Shown here one piece after another: positions 10,835 to 21,406 of a stretch of DNA of 64,000 bases (its first letter is position 1; each line of letters opens with the position of its first letter). The position numbers were made by a program, and so were the translations under genes. The notes beneath the pieces were generated by a model that saw only the letters and a program-made list of their open reading frames with translations, ran no database searches and was not told the DNA's origin. The stretch is from an uncultured Mycoplasma sp. (GTDB taxonomy: Bacteria > Bacillota_I > Bacilli_A > Mycoplasmatales > Hepatoplasmataceae). The stretch covers positions 18,655-82,654 of the forward strand of contig CAYUKZ010000002.1 of the NCBI GenBank assembly GCA_964445515.1. Reading direction: 5' to 3'.

Positions 10835-10840
10835 TATAAT
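10835..10840 (+). promoter_or_regulatory. putative -10 box (TATAAT) of the surface-protein operon
   Basis: Only canonical -10 hexamer between the rplQ terminator and ATG 10928. An RBS-like AAGGA at 10913-10917 precedes the ATG. Confidence 0.45.
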
Positions 10841-10927
10841 TTATATGAGTGAAATTTTAGGCCTAAACGGTCTATTTATTCTACGTATCGTATATAAATA
10901 TATGAATTAAATAAGGATCTTAAAATT

Positions 10928-13900
10928 ATGAAGAATAACAAGAGAAGAATAATCAGAAAAACCTTAAACTTGACCCTACCAATAGTAGCGGTAGTTTTAT
11001 TCTTCCCTTCTGTTATTAATTTAACTAAAACAAAAGGTCAAATTGCTTATAATCAAATCCAAGAATCTAAATTAGAAGATGAAAAAGCAAATGGATCAAC
11101 TAGAATACAAGCAACTAATTATCCAATGTATGGTAAAACTGACGGGGGAAATGCTAACTGAGTTAGGATAAACAGTTTTAGAGAAGGGAATATTAATAAA
11201 GGTAGAGCCGATTATGGTTATTGAAAGAGACCTGCTTATTCTGCTTCTTTAAGTAGAGACCCTGCATGGTATGATTTCTATAGATATGATGATGCGAAAG
11301 GAAAAGAAGTTTCTTTCAAAGATGAACACAATGTTGAACTTAGAGGTCTTTACTTCAACAAAGATAGTAATTACTGAAATCATTCAAACAATATTGATGA
11401 AATAGCCAATCAAGTATTAAGTGAGCATTCTGCAAAAGAAAATGCCTATTCTATTCATCCATCAACAAGTTGAGTAGATACAAGAGGTCAAAATTCTAAT
11501 TACTTTTTCTATGCCAATTTAGGAGTTGGTGTAGCTGAAGAAGAATGAGTAGATCCAAAAGTTCAAGCTTCTTCTGAACATAATAAGAAACATGGAATTA
11601 GTTGATTAACAAACTATTTTAAATTGAAGTATTCAACAGAGTATAAAGTAGCATATGATGATTTAGATGGGTTTAATTCTAAAAACAATTTCACATTTGA
11701 AACTCCTACTCTATTAGATCTTCAATTAGGAACTCCAGTAATTCAACCTGGCGTTAATGATGTTTACATTGAAATTCCTTATACAACTGGAGTTGAAGGT
11801 TTAAAAGGTGACGGTTCAAATTATAATAAACAAGATTCTTATGTAATACCAGTAGAATATTGAGATATTTTATTCGATGCTTCTGGTACATCTTTTAATA
11901 TGTCAAATATGGAAGCCAACCAAGATGTGGATAACCAGAAATTTATTGTGACAGTTAAAAACCTTGAGCAAGCAACTGATTATAATGATTGAAAATTATC
12001 AGGAATGAGTTATTGAAATGGTTCAAAGAAAGTTTCATTACCAGATCTTGAATTCGGTCCATTACATACTAATGGTATGGCTGATGAAGCTACTCTTAAA
12101 TCATGAGATTCATCAACTACAAAACATACAGCTGATATAAATTATGTACTAGATCTTGAGAATGTAGCTAATTCTACTTATCAAGATGATCCTTTCGCAT
12201 GAAAAGTAGAAATTGATGATGGACATGGTAATGTTCTTGCATCTGAAAAATCAGATGGTACAACTTCATTAGAAACAGGAACACTTACAGTAAATGAAGT
12301 TGAATCAACTCCATTACAAGCCGGAAGAACATATAATTGAAAATTAAAAGTATATGGTGATAGGTATAACCCTAGCAACTTTACTTCTACAGATATTGAA
12401 GTAACTACAAAACCATTAGATAACGCAGAAGCACCAGATTTCTCAACTTTAAAAACAGATTGAAGAAACATTGGTAAGCACTCTGCTACTTTAGACTATT
12501 CATTCGACATGAATACTTATGACATTAACCCTGCATTAGCAGATAATGAAAATAGTACTGTTGATTCAGTTTATTTAACTAGCAATAATATCTCCTATAC
12601 AGTTAATTCTTCTGTAAGTACACCAAATATGGTTGATAATGGAGATGGGACTAAAACATATTCAGGAACTATAGATTTAACAGATTTAGATCCAAATATA
12701 ACATATGATTTAGCATTGAGTGTAGATTGAAAATCAAATAGTTGACCTGATTTTAAAACATCTTCAAATGAAGTGCCTTCATTTGATACCGAAAATTGAG
12801 ATGCTCCTGAAGCACCTGAAATTTCATTAAATGAAAAAACAGATTCTGTTAACCCAGAAGGTTTTATTGTTCAAGGAAACTTTGATGGAACAAGTTATGA
12901 TCCAGTAAATCAATTACCAACAAACATCGATTCAATTAACTTAATGTATTCACTAAAAGGTGATGAAAGTAATCCTATTGAAACACTAACAAAAACATTC
13001 TCTTCAGATACTAATTCATGAAATGGAGAATATGAAATCAAAAATCTACAACCTAGCACTGAATATTCTGTTTGAACAGAAGTAACATATTCAGCTAAAG
13101 GTTCATCAGATTTCGATGGATTAAAAGAAAAATCTTCAGTTATTAATATCACTACTGATGCATATGAAAAAGTACAAATTAGTGATTTCCAATGAACAGC
13201 TAATACATCAAAACCTTCACAAGGTCAATTTGATATTAAAGTAACATCTGGACATGTTGGAGATAACTGATATAACCCAGTTGTTGATGAAAACTCAATT
13301 ATTGTTAAAGATAGCGAAGGTAAGAGATTGAATGCTACTTATGTAAGTAATTCAAAAACAGAAGGTACATATACATATAAATTAAAAGAGTTGCAAGGTG
13401 GAAAAACATATAATGATGTAACTGTAAGTCTTAACTCAAATGAGATTAAAACATCATTTACTACAGCAGATTTATTAGCACCTAAAGCGCCTATAATTAC
13501 TGAACCAACTGTTTCAGGAATAACACAAACATCAGCAGATGTTAAATATTCATTCACTGCACAAAGTGGTAGTTCATTAGATTACTTGCCAACTAAAGTT
13601 GAAAAAGTAGAACTAATAGATTCTAAAACTTCAAATGTATTATCAACAGCGTCTGATACTTCAGAAAGTGGAACTTTCAAATTATCAGGATTAGAAATTG
13701 AAAAAGAATACACTGTTAAAGTAAGAGTTACATATTCAGGTGGATTAACTGAAGAAAGTACTGAATTAACATTCAATACTAGCGACTTCAAACCAGCTCA
13801 AGCTCCTACTATAAATATATTAGAAGAAAATGAAGCTGGTACTACTCAAACAGAGATTCAAGCTCACTATAAAATTACTGTACCTAACAAATCTGGATAC

Positions 13901-15193
13901 AACCCAACAAAAATTACTTCAATCACTGCTAAAATTGATGGAGCAAATGAACAAATTCTAGATCCTACAACTCTTGAAGGAGATGTTACATTCACAGGTC
14001 TAGAAGGTGGAACTACACATGATATTTCATTAATAGTAGTATGAGATGATTCAGTAGATCCAATCTCAGGAGTTACTCCAGTAGAAAGAACTGAAAGTAT
14101 TTCAACTAAAGCTAAAGATGATGCAAAAGAACCATCAATACAAATACTTAAAGTATCTAACATTCAGCAAAATACAGCAGATATCGATTACGTAGTTAGC
14201 ATACCTCAAGGAAGTCCCACAGTTGATCCAACTGTTGTTACAAGAATTGACGTGTTAATTAATGATGTTGTTCAATCTACAGTAAATAATCCTTCACCAG
14301 TAAAAGGTGAGTATAAAGGTAAATTTGAAGCAACAGGTTTAGCTGCAGAAACTGATCAAACAGTGAAAATTAATGTTTACTACTTAGACGAATCTGGAAT
14401 AGAAGTACCTACACCTATTTCTAAAACTAAAGATTTCACAACTTTAAATAAAGATGAATCTAAAGAACCTGCTGTATCAATTAAGAATACTTCAGTAAGT
14501 TCTTCATGAGCTGAATTCTCAGCAGAAGTTACATTACCAGCACATGATGATAATGTTTATGATATTAATATTGTAAGTTATTCAATCATTAAATCAGGAA
14601 TTGAATATTCTTCAGGAGATTTAACATCAATTAACTTTGAAATGGGTAAAAAGACATCATTCACATTCCAAATTGATGGGTTAGCAGAAGTTAAGACATA
14701 TAGCGACTTCTCATTAAAACTTAATTATGAAGATGAGAAAGGTAATGTTCAAACACCAATTACAAGTGATGTTCCAAAATTCACTACAAAATCAATTGAT
14801 GATGTAGTTGTAACAAAATCAGTATTAGAAGAGGATGAGTTATCTATTGGTTTAGATAAACAAACTACTTCAATAGATGAAGTAAGAATCTTAGGAACAA
14901 ATTCTAATGGAGAACAAACTTCACTAGATTATGAAATTACTTCAGTAATTGAACATTCTAGATGAACAGAATATACTGTTGATCTAAACTTAGATAATGA
15001 GTATCAATCATTATCATTAGAAGTTAATGGAGAAGTCCAAAAACTAAATCTAATTGACGAAAGCGGAAACGTTATAAATTCAATTGGTTCAAATAACAAT
15101 TCGATTGCAAAAACAACAGCTATTGTAACACTAGTTATAGTACTTGCAGTTACAGCAACAGGAACGATTGTATATTTAACAAAAAAGAAATAA
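10928..15193 (+). CDS. giant membrane-anchored surface protein A (1421 aa): signal/anchor + aromatic-rich N-domain + ~10 FN3/Ig-like beta-sandwich modules + C-terminal TM anchor
   Basis: Six track ORFs plus the gaps form a single frame with no TAA/TAG (checked codon by codon) and many TGA. N-terminus is KRRIIRKTLNLTLPIVAVVLFFPSV with no Cys lipobox. Recurrent ~95-100-aa modules end in FN3-like strands (NLQPSTEYSVWTEVTYS, LSGLEIEKEYTVKVRVTYS, FTGLEGGTTHDISLIVVW, DLDPNITYDLALSVDW, LQAGRTYNWKLKVYG). C-terminus is TTAIVTLVIVLAVTATGTIVYLTKKK*. Confidence 0.85.
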
Positions 15194-15205
15194 GGAATTA
15201 ATTAA

Positions 15206-18200
15206 ATGAAACTAAAAAGAGCATATAAAAAACCTATAATGATAACAGCAATTTCAATAATTGCTATTTTAGGTTTGAATAGTGTGCAACAAGTCAACAA
15301 CGGAATACAAAACACTGTTCTTGACAGAAACTTAGTTAATTCACAAGCGGCTTCATCAACTCCTAAAGACTTACATGGTCAAGAAATCAAAGATATAGCT
15401 ATGAATGACAAAGAAACATTTGTTATATTTACAGATATCGATGGAACTCAAGCGGTAATGCATTGAGGAGTAAATGAAGGATATGAAAGATCTCAAAAAT
15501 TAGCTATCCCTGTAGAAGAAGGGGATACAATAACTAATGTATATGCTGACTTTGGCGTTGCATTTGCTGTTGTGTTAAAAGCTGATGGAACAAATTCAGT
15601 TTATGGATATGGAGATAACTCTCATAAACAAATTACACAAGGAACTGAAACTAATATCACAACTCCTACTCTAGTTAAAGAAGGAATTCAATTAAGTGAT
15701 ATTACAATTGACAGATACACTTCTTCAATATATTATGAAGAAGGTTCTGACCTTAAAGTATTATCACAAGGTGATAATAGATATTCAGGACTTGGAATTG
15801 CTGATAAAAAAGCAACAATAAATGAAACAACAGTAGCAGGAACAACATTAGTTAGCGCTGATGCTGGTTCTGCTCATACAGCAGTAGTACTTGATGGTGC
15901 TGCTGATGGAGTTTATACATGAGGATTAAACTCTAACGGACAAATTGGTAATGGTGTATTAACTCATCCAGAAGATGGTGGTATTTTACCAGTTAAAGTA
16001 GATGGATTAGATGACGCAGTAGAAGTTTATGCTGGTGGAAATAATACATTTGCAATTACACCAAATGGAAATACAGAAAAAATTTGAGGTTGAGGTTCAG
16101 GTACAAACTATGAACTAGGTACTCAAACTGTTAAGTCTGAAACAACACCTCTTGAATTAACTAAATTAGAAACAGTTATTGAAAATGGTAAAGCAGGTTC
16201 AAGTTGAGATGTTGTTAATATGTACTCTGGACAAGACTGAAGTGTAATGTTCATCGAAAGAGATGGAATTGTTGAGAGATATGTATGAGGAAACCAAAAA
16301 GATGGTAAGCTAGGTAATGGTGTTACAGATGATGTAAGTACAGATTTCACTATGAGTGAAGAGTTAACACCTAATGGAGACTTAATCAATAAAGATCAAT
16401 TCATTGCCTTTGATGGTAATAGTGATACTATCTTAAAATCATTAAGAGTAGATGACTTCTCAATCCTTGAAGGATTCGGAGCAAATACAAATGGAGCATT
16501 AAGCCCTAGAGGTGGAGCAACACCTGTTCCAAAAGCAACAAAGATTTATTCACAAGATCAATTATTAGTTACAGAAGTTAATAATGTTAAAGCATTAGAT
16601 GATAATTCATTTACATTTGATGTAGTTATGGATACAAATGTTGTTGATGCTGCATCTATGAACTTTGTTCTTAAAACTTCAAAAGATTCTAAACTAATGA
16701 CTGATACTAAAGTAACAGGAATTGATAGACAAGGAGATAAAACAGTTTTATCATTCTATCAAAAAACAAACTTCGTTAACAATGGTGGAAACACTGTTGG
16801 ATTCAAAGTATCTGTTGATGGAGGAAAGACATTCTTAAAAGAATTCAATGTTAAATATCAACTTTCTCCTTCTGAAGCAGCTACAGTAGTTGCTAGTGAT
16901 GCAACAAATGTTAGTTATAACTCAGCTGATATTAATTTTGAAATTTCTACAAGTAATTCATCACACAATGCAAACTCTACAGTAACAAAATGAGAAATAT
17001 TAGATGAAAAAGATAATGTAGTTTCATTTAAAGATATGAATTCAACTGAAGGAAAAATCTCTGTTACTCAATCAGTTGATAACTTAACTGCAGGAACAGA
17101 ATTCGCAGGTTGAAAAGTAAAAGTTTACTCTACATATGGAGATTCAGCTAGTCCACAACAAGCAATTGAGACGGCAAACATACCAACATTCAAAACATTA
17201 GACAAGAAGAATGTTCCGGCATTAACTGCAAATGACTTTGCAGCAGAATCATGAACTACTAACAAAACAGAAGCTTCATTAAAATATACAATTAAAGATT
17301 CAGCAGCAACAAAAGATACATTTGGATTAGATATTACAAATGTTAAACTTCTTGGTAATTGAACAAACAATGGATTGTCAGGTGGAGCAGTAAACATTGA
17401 TTCACAAGCGCCAGTTTTAAACTCAGCCAACGGATTATGAGAAGGTCAAATTAATTTAACTAACCTTTCTCCTGAAACAACATACAATAATCTTAAAGTA
17501 GAAGTATCTTACCAAAATAAAGATGCAGATTCGTCATTATTAAATCCTAGAAAGATAGAATATTCATTATCAGATTTAATTACTGAAGATTATAATGCTC
17601 CTTCAGAGCCTAAACTTACAATTACTGAAAAAGATTCTAACATTACATCATATTCATTTGATATTGATGTAACTGTTCCTACAGCAGATCCTGCTGTTTC
17701 AAGACAAACTAAGATTAAATCAGTTGATTACAGAACTAAGAGTGAAGGAGATTCATTTACAGCCTGAGAAAGTGCCGGAGATGTAACAGATCCTACAAAA
17801 GGATTTGCTTCAACAATCGAAATCAACAATGCTGTTGCAGAAACAGTTAATACTGTTGAAGTTAAAGTAACATATACTGATGTTGATAACATAGCAAAAC
17901 CAACGCCAGTAACAGAATCTATCGAGATTACAACAAAACCTAAAAACGATAATGTTGTTGGTCCTAATGTAACAGTTATGGAATCAGAAGAGACAGATAC
18001 AATTAATGTATTTAATCTAAAATTAGTTATTTCTGGATTAGAAGCTGACGAAGAGACAAAAGGAATTAATGTTGATAAAGCATATATCGATGTCTTTGAA
18101 GGTTCAGGTATAGATCATACTGGTACACCAGTTCAATCAGTTGAACTTACAGAAAATAAGGAAAATGAAGATTGAGAAAGTAATGTAACACTATCTCCAT

Positions 18201-19597
18201 CAACAACATATACTCTATGAGGTAGAGTAGAATGATCTTCAGGAAGTAATGTTGGTCAAACTTCTTGATCAGATTCTTCAAAAGAACTATCTAACGAAAG
18301 TAAAGATCCTTCAATAGAGCCAACAATTAATGTTGATCCATCTAAGGAACTATATTTAGGTTCAGATGGTCAATGACACTATAATGGATTCAATGTTGAT
18401 ATTCAAAATGATCCTCAACATCACTTAACAACAGTAACAAGTATAGAAGTTACACTAGATAGCAAGGCAATTTACACTGAAAAATTTGATAAACAACAAA
18501 CATCATTCGATGTTAATGCAATGTTCAGTAAAGATGCAACGGACTTTAATACAGAGTTACATAATCTTGCAATTGAAGTTAATTGAGTTTATAGAGAAGA
18601 AGGAAGTAGTAATACAAACAAGACTACTATCGGAAAAGCTGAAGATGTTAAACTAATCAAGTTAGAAGAATCTTCACAAGATCCAGAATTCAGAGTTGAA
18701 TACTCATCTGTTCAATCAGTTTCTTCAACTCAAGCATTAGTTTCATACAAAATTTCTAAGAAATACAAAAATGCTAATGACCTAGTAATTGATAACTCAA
18801 ACACTCAAATACTTATAGCAGGTAAAGAAGATAATACTCCATTTGCACCAGTAACAGTAGTTGATGGTTCAACAGGAATAGATCCATTCGAAGGTTCATT
18901 TATTATTGATAACCTAAAACCAGGAACAAATTATGAATTTGCCTTTATAGTTAAATATAAAGAGAAATATCCAAATTGAGCTCCTAACAATAATTATTTA
19001 TCAGATGATAAATATGAATTAGGTGTTAAAGAGCAAGGTAACAACTTACCAAACATTGTTTTAGTTGAAACACTAAAAGAAGATGAAATTGGACTAACAC
19101 AACCTAAAGTAGTATTTGATAGTTATGAAGATAACACTCTTAACACTAAGATATCATTATTCAATGCTCCTAATGTAGAAGCTTTATCTAAAGCTAAATT
19201 AAGAGTTAAAGAAGAAACTGGAGTTAAGGGATACGAAGGTAAGATAGTTGAAAAAGATATTTCATTCACAAAAGTTGGTTCTAACAACTCAAGAAACTCT
19301 TCTGCTTCAGATATGAAGCAAGATGAATACATAATGTCTATCAAAGATATTAAAAAAGATACACTTTACTCACAATGAGAGTTAGCATTAGATGGTGAGA
19401 ACTATTATACAATTAACTTAACTGATGAAGCAGGTAACATAGTTTACACTCCATCGGCTTTAAGTAATGTTAGAGAAATTAGTGGTATTTGAAGAATACT
19501 AGCATTGATTGGATTAGCACTTTCAATTGTATTCGGACTTACAACTGCATTATTCTCATGATTATTTGTGAGAGCTAAAAGAGGAGGAGATGAATAA
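15206..19597 (+). CDS. giant membrane-anchored surface protein B (1463 aa): signal + RCC1-like 7-blade propeller + ~10 FN3/Ig-like modules + C-terminal TM anchor
   Basis: Single frame checked codon by codon. Starts 12 nt after gene A, preceded by AAGGA. Signal-like N-terminus PIMITAISIIAILGL. RCC1-type blade motifs VYGYGDNSHKQITQG, VYTWGLNSNGQIGNG, KIWGWGSGTNYELGTQ, RYVWGNQKDGKLGNG. Downstream FN3-like strands NLSPETTYNNLKVEVSY, LKPGTNYEFAFIVKY, SPSTTYTLWGRVEW. C-terminus is WRILALIGLALSIVFGLTTALFSWLFVRAKRGGDE*. Confidence 0.85.
15386..16556 (+). other. RCC1-like beta-propeller region of protein B (approximate bounds)
   Basis: About seven repeats of 50-60 aa, each with a hydrophobic strand followed by (W/Y)G.(N/G/D)..G(Q/K/E)(L/I)G. 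Confidence 0.6.
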
Positions 19598-21342
19598 TGA
19601 AATTAAATAAAACAACAATTATCTCTTCTGTGTTCTTAGCACTAGCATTATCAATGCCAGCTGCTTCAATACAATCAACAGTTCAAACATTTAGTGATGA
19701 AAACATCATCCCAACTAGACACTCTGTTGATAAGATTAAATCTATTGAATTAGGTTCAGATTCATCTACAATAGTATTTGATTCACAAGATACTCTTCAT
19801 GAAGATGAAGTATTAACAGCAGGTTACGATCAAGCTGTATGAACAAGTTATGATGGGTTACAAACTCAAGATACATCAGGAATGTTAGGTAGAGGTGAAC
19901 CAGTTAAAAACAATTCATATGCTCAAAATATCGACTTCTATAATGACCAAAGAGGAGAAGGTAGTGATAGAACAGTTAACAGAATGGTTGTAGAACAAAT
20001 AGATGCTGGAGAAATATTCTCTGGAGCTATTGTTAGAGAATGAGATGAAGAATACCCAGATGGAATCCTTAGAGGATACATGTGAGGTGGAGATATCAAT
20101 AACGCAACTATTCCTGAATTAGAACCAAAATCTAGTTCAGCCAAAGGTGTTGATGATAATCAAGTCACTAAATCATATACAACTCCTGTCACAATCGATT
20201 TAGATGGTGACGGAAATGATGGTATGGAAGTTGAAGGTGAAATATCAGTTGGTTATGACCACGCCGTAGCTAAAGCCTATGATCCAAACGGAAACCTAAA
20301 TGGTGGAACACCATTACCAGGACAATTATTCACTTGAGGAAATAATGACTTCAGACAAACTGGAGCTGATTATGTAACAGGTGATTTAGCTGCTCCTTCA
20401 CTTATTCCAGATTCATACTTTGGTGATTTAACACCAGAGAGTGGTTCTGATGAAATAATGTTCAAAGATGTAGAGTATGGACTAAGAGATTCATTCGCTA
20501 TTGTTCACAATAGTAATGATGATAAAGACCATTTATTTGCATGAGGTAATAACGACAAAGGACAACTAGGATTATCAAGTGATAATATAGTTGCTAAACC
20601 AAAAGAAGTTGTATTACCAGGATTTGAAGGTGAAATGATCAAAGTTGTTGCAGCAAAACAAACAACATACTTACTAACAAAAGATAAAGATGGTGTGTAT
20701 GATGTTTGAGGTTGAGGAACAAATGATAAACAATCTTTAGGAACTAAAAAGAATGGTTCTGTAGTAAGTGCAAATGAAAGAATTACACCTACTAAACTAG
20801 ATGTAGTTGGAAACAACTCAAAAGATATTGGAGAAGACTACAAAATTACAGGTCTTTACTCTAACATGCTATCTTCAACAGTATTTGTTACTATGGAAGA
20901 TAGTAATGGAATGAATCATGCTATGTCATGAGGAGATAACTCTAATGGACAAATGGGGCAATGAGGATTCGGAGTCCAAACTTCAGCAACACCTAAAGAA
21001 CTAGACGTTAATAACGATGGTGTATTAGGTACTGAGAGTAAAATTAAAGAAATTTCAGTAGGTTCTGATGCCGTTGCAGCAATTTACGAAAGTAAAGATG
21101 GAACACAACAACAAGTTTACATGTGAGGAAACAACACAACTGGAATATTCGGTTGAGGTGATAAAAACTTAAATGATAAGTTAACTCCTTCATTAGTATG
21201 AACATACCAAGAAAGCAAGAATAACTCTAGCGGATTAGCATTTATACAAATACTTTCAATAGTATTCATGGTACTGGCACTAATATTAATATTAGCAACA
21301 GTCCTAATGTATAAATTATGAATGAAAGCTAGATATGAATAA
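19597..21342 (+). CDS. membrane-anchored RCC1-like propeller protein C (581 aa)
   Basis: The ATG overlaps the stop of gene B (TAATG). Frame checked line by line. Signal peptide ISSVFLALALSMPAAS with no lipobox Cys. Blade motifs YMWGGDINN, LFTWGNNDFRQTG, LFAWGNNDKGQLGLS, DVWGWGTNDKQSLGT, AMSWGDNSNGQMGQW, VYMWGNNTTGIFGWG. C-terminus is FIQILSIVFMVLALILILATVLMYKLWMKARYE*. Confidence 0.85.
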
Positions 21343-21369
21343 AGAATAGATTAATCTATTCTTTTTTTT
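21342..21369 (+). terminator. rho-independent terminator ending the surface-protein operon
   Basis: AGAATAGATTAATCTATTCT palindrome followed by T8, immediately after the stop of gene C. It is the first terminator-like structure after 10720. Confidence 0.8.
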
Positions 21370-21406
21370 ATACTCCTTCAAGATTGAAGTTTAGTATAAT
21401 TAGTAT

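Noticed and set aside
10928-21342. Surface proteins considered as classical mycoplasma variable lipoproteins or as recently acquired foreign DNA
   Set aside because: None of the three N-termini has a lipobox cysteine, and there are no identical tandem DNA repeats. Codon style (AGA Arg, TGA Trp, A/T third positions) looks the same as in flanking core genes, so I see no compositional evidence for recent transfer.
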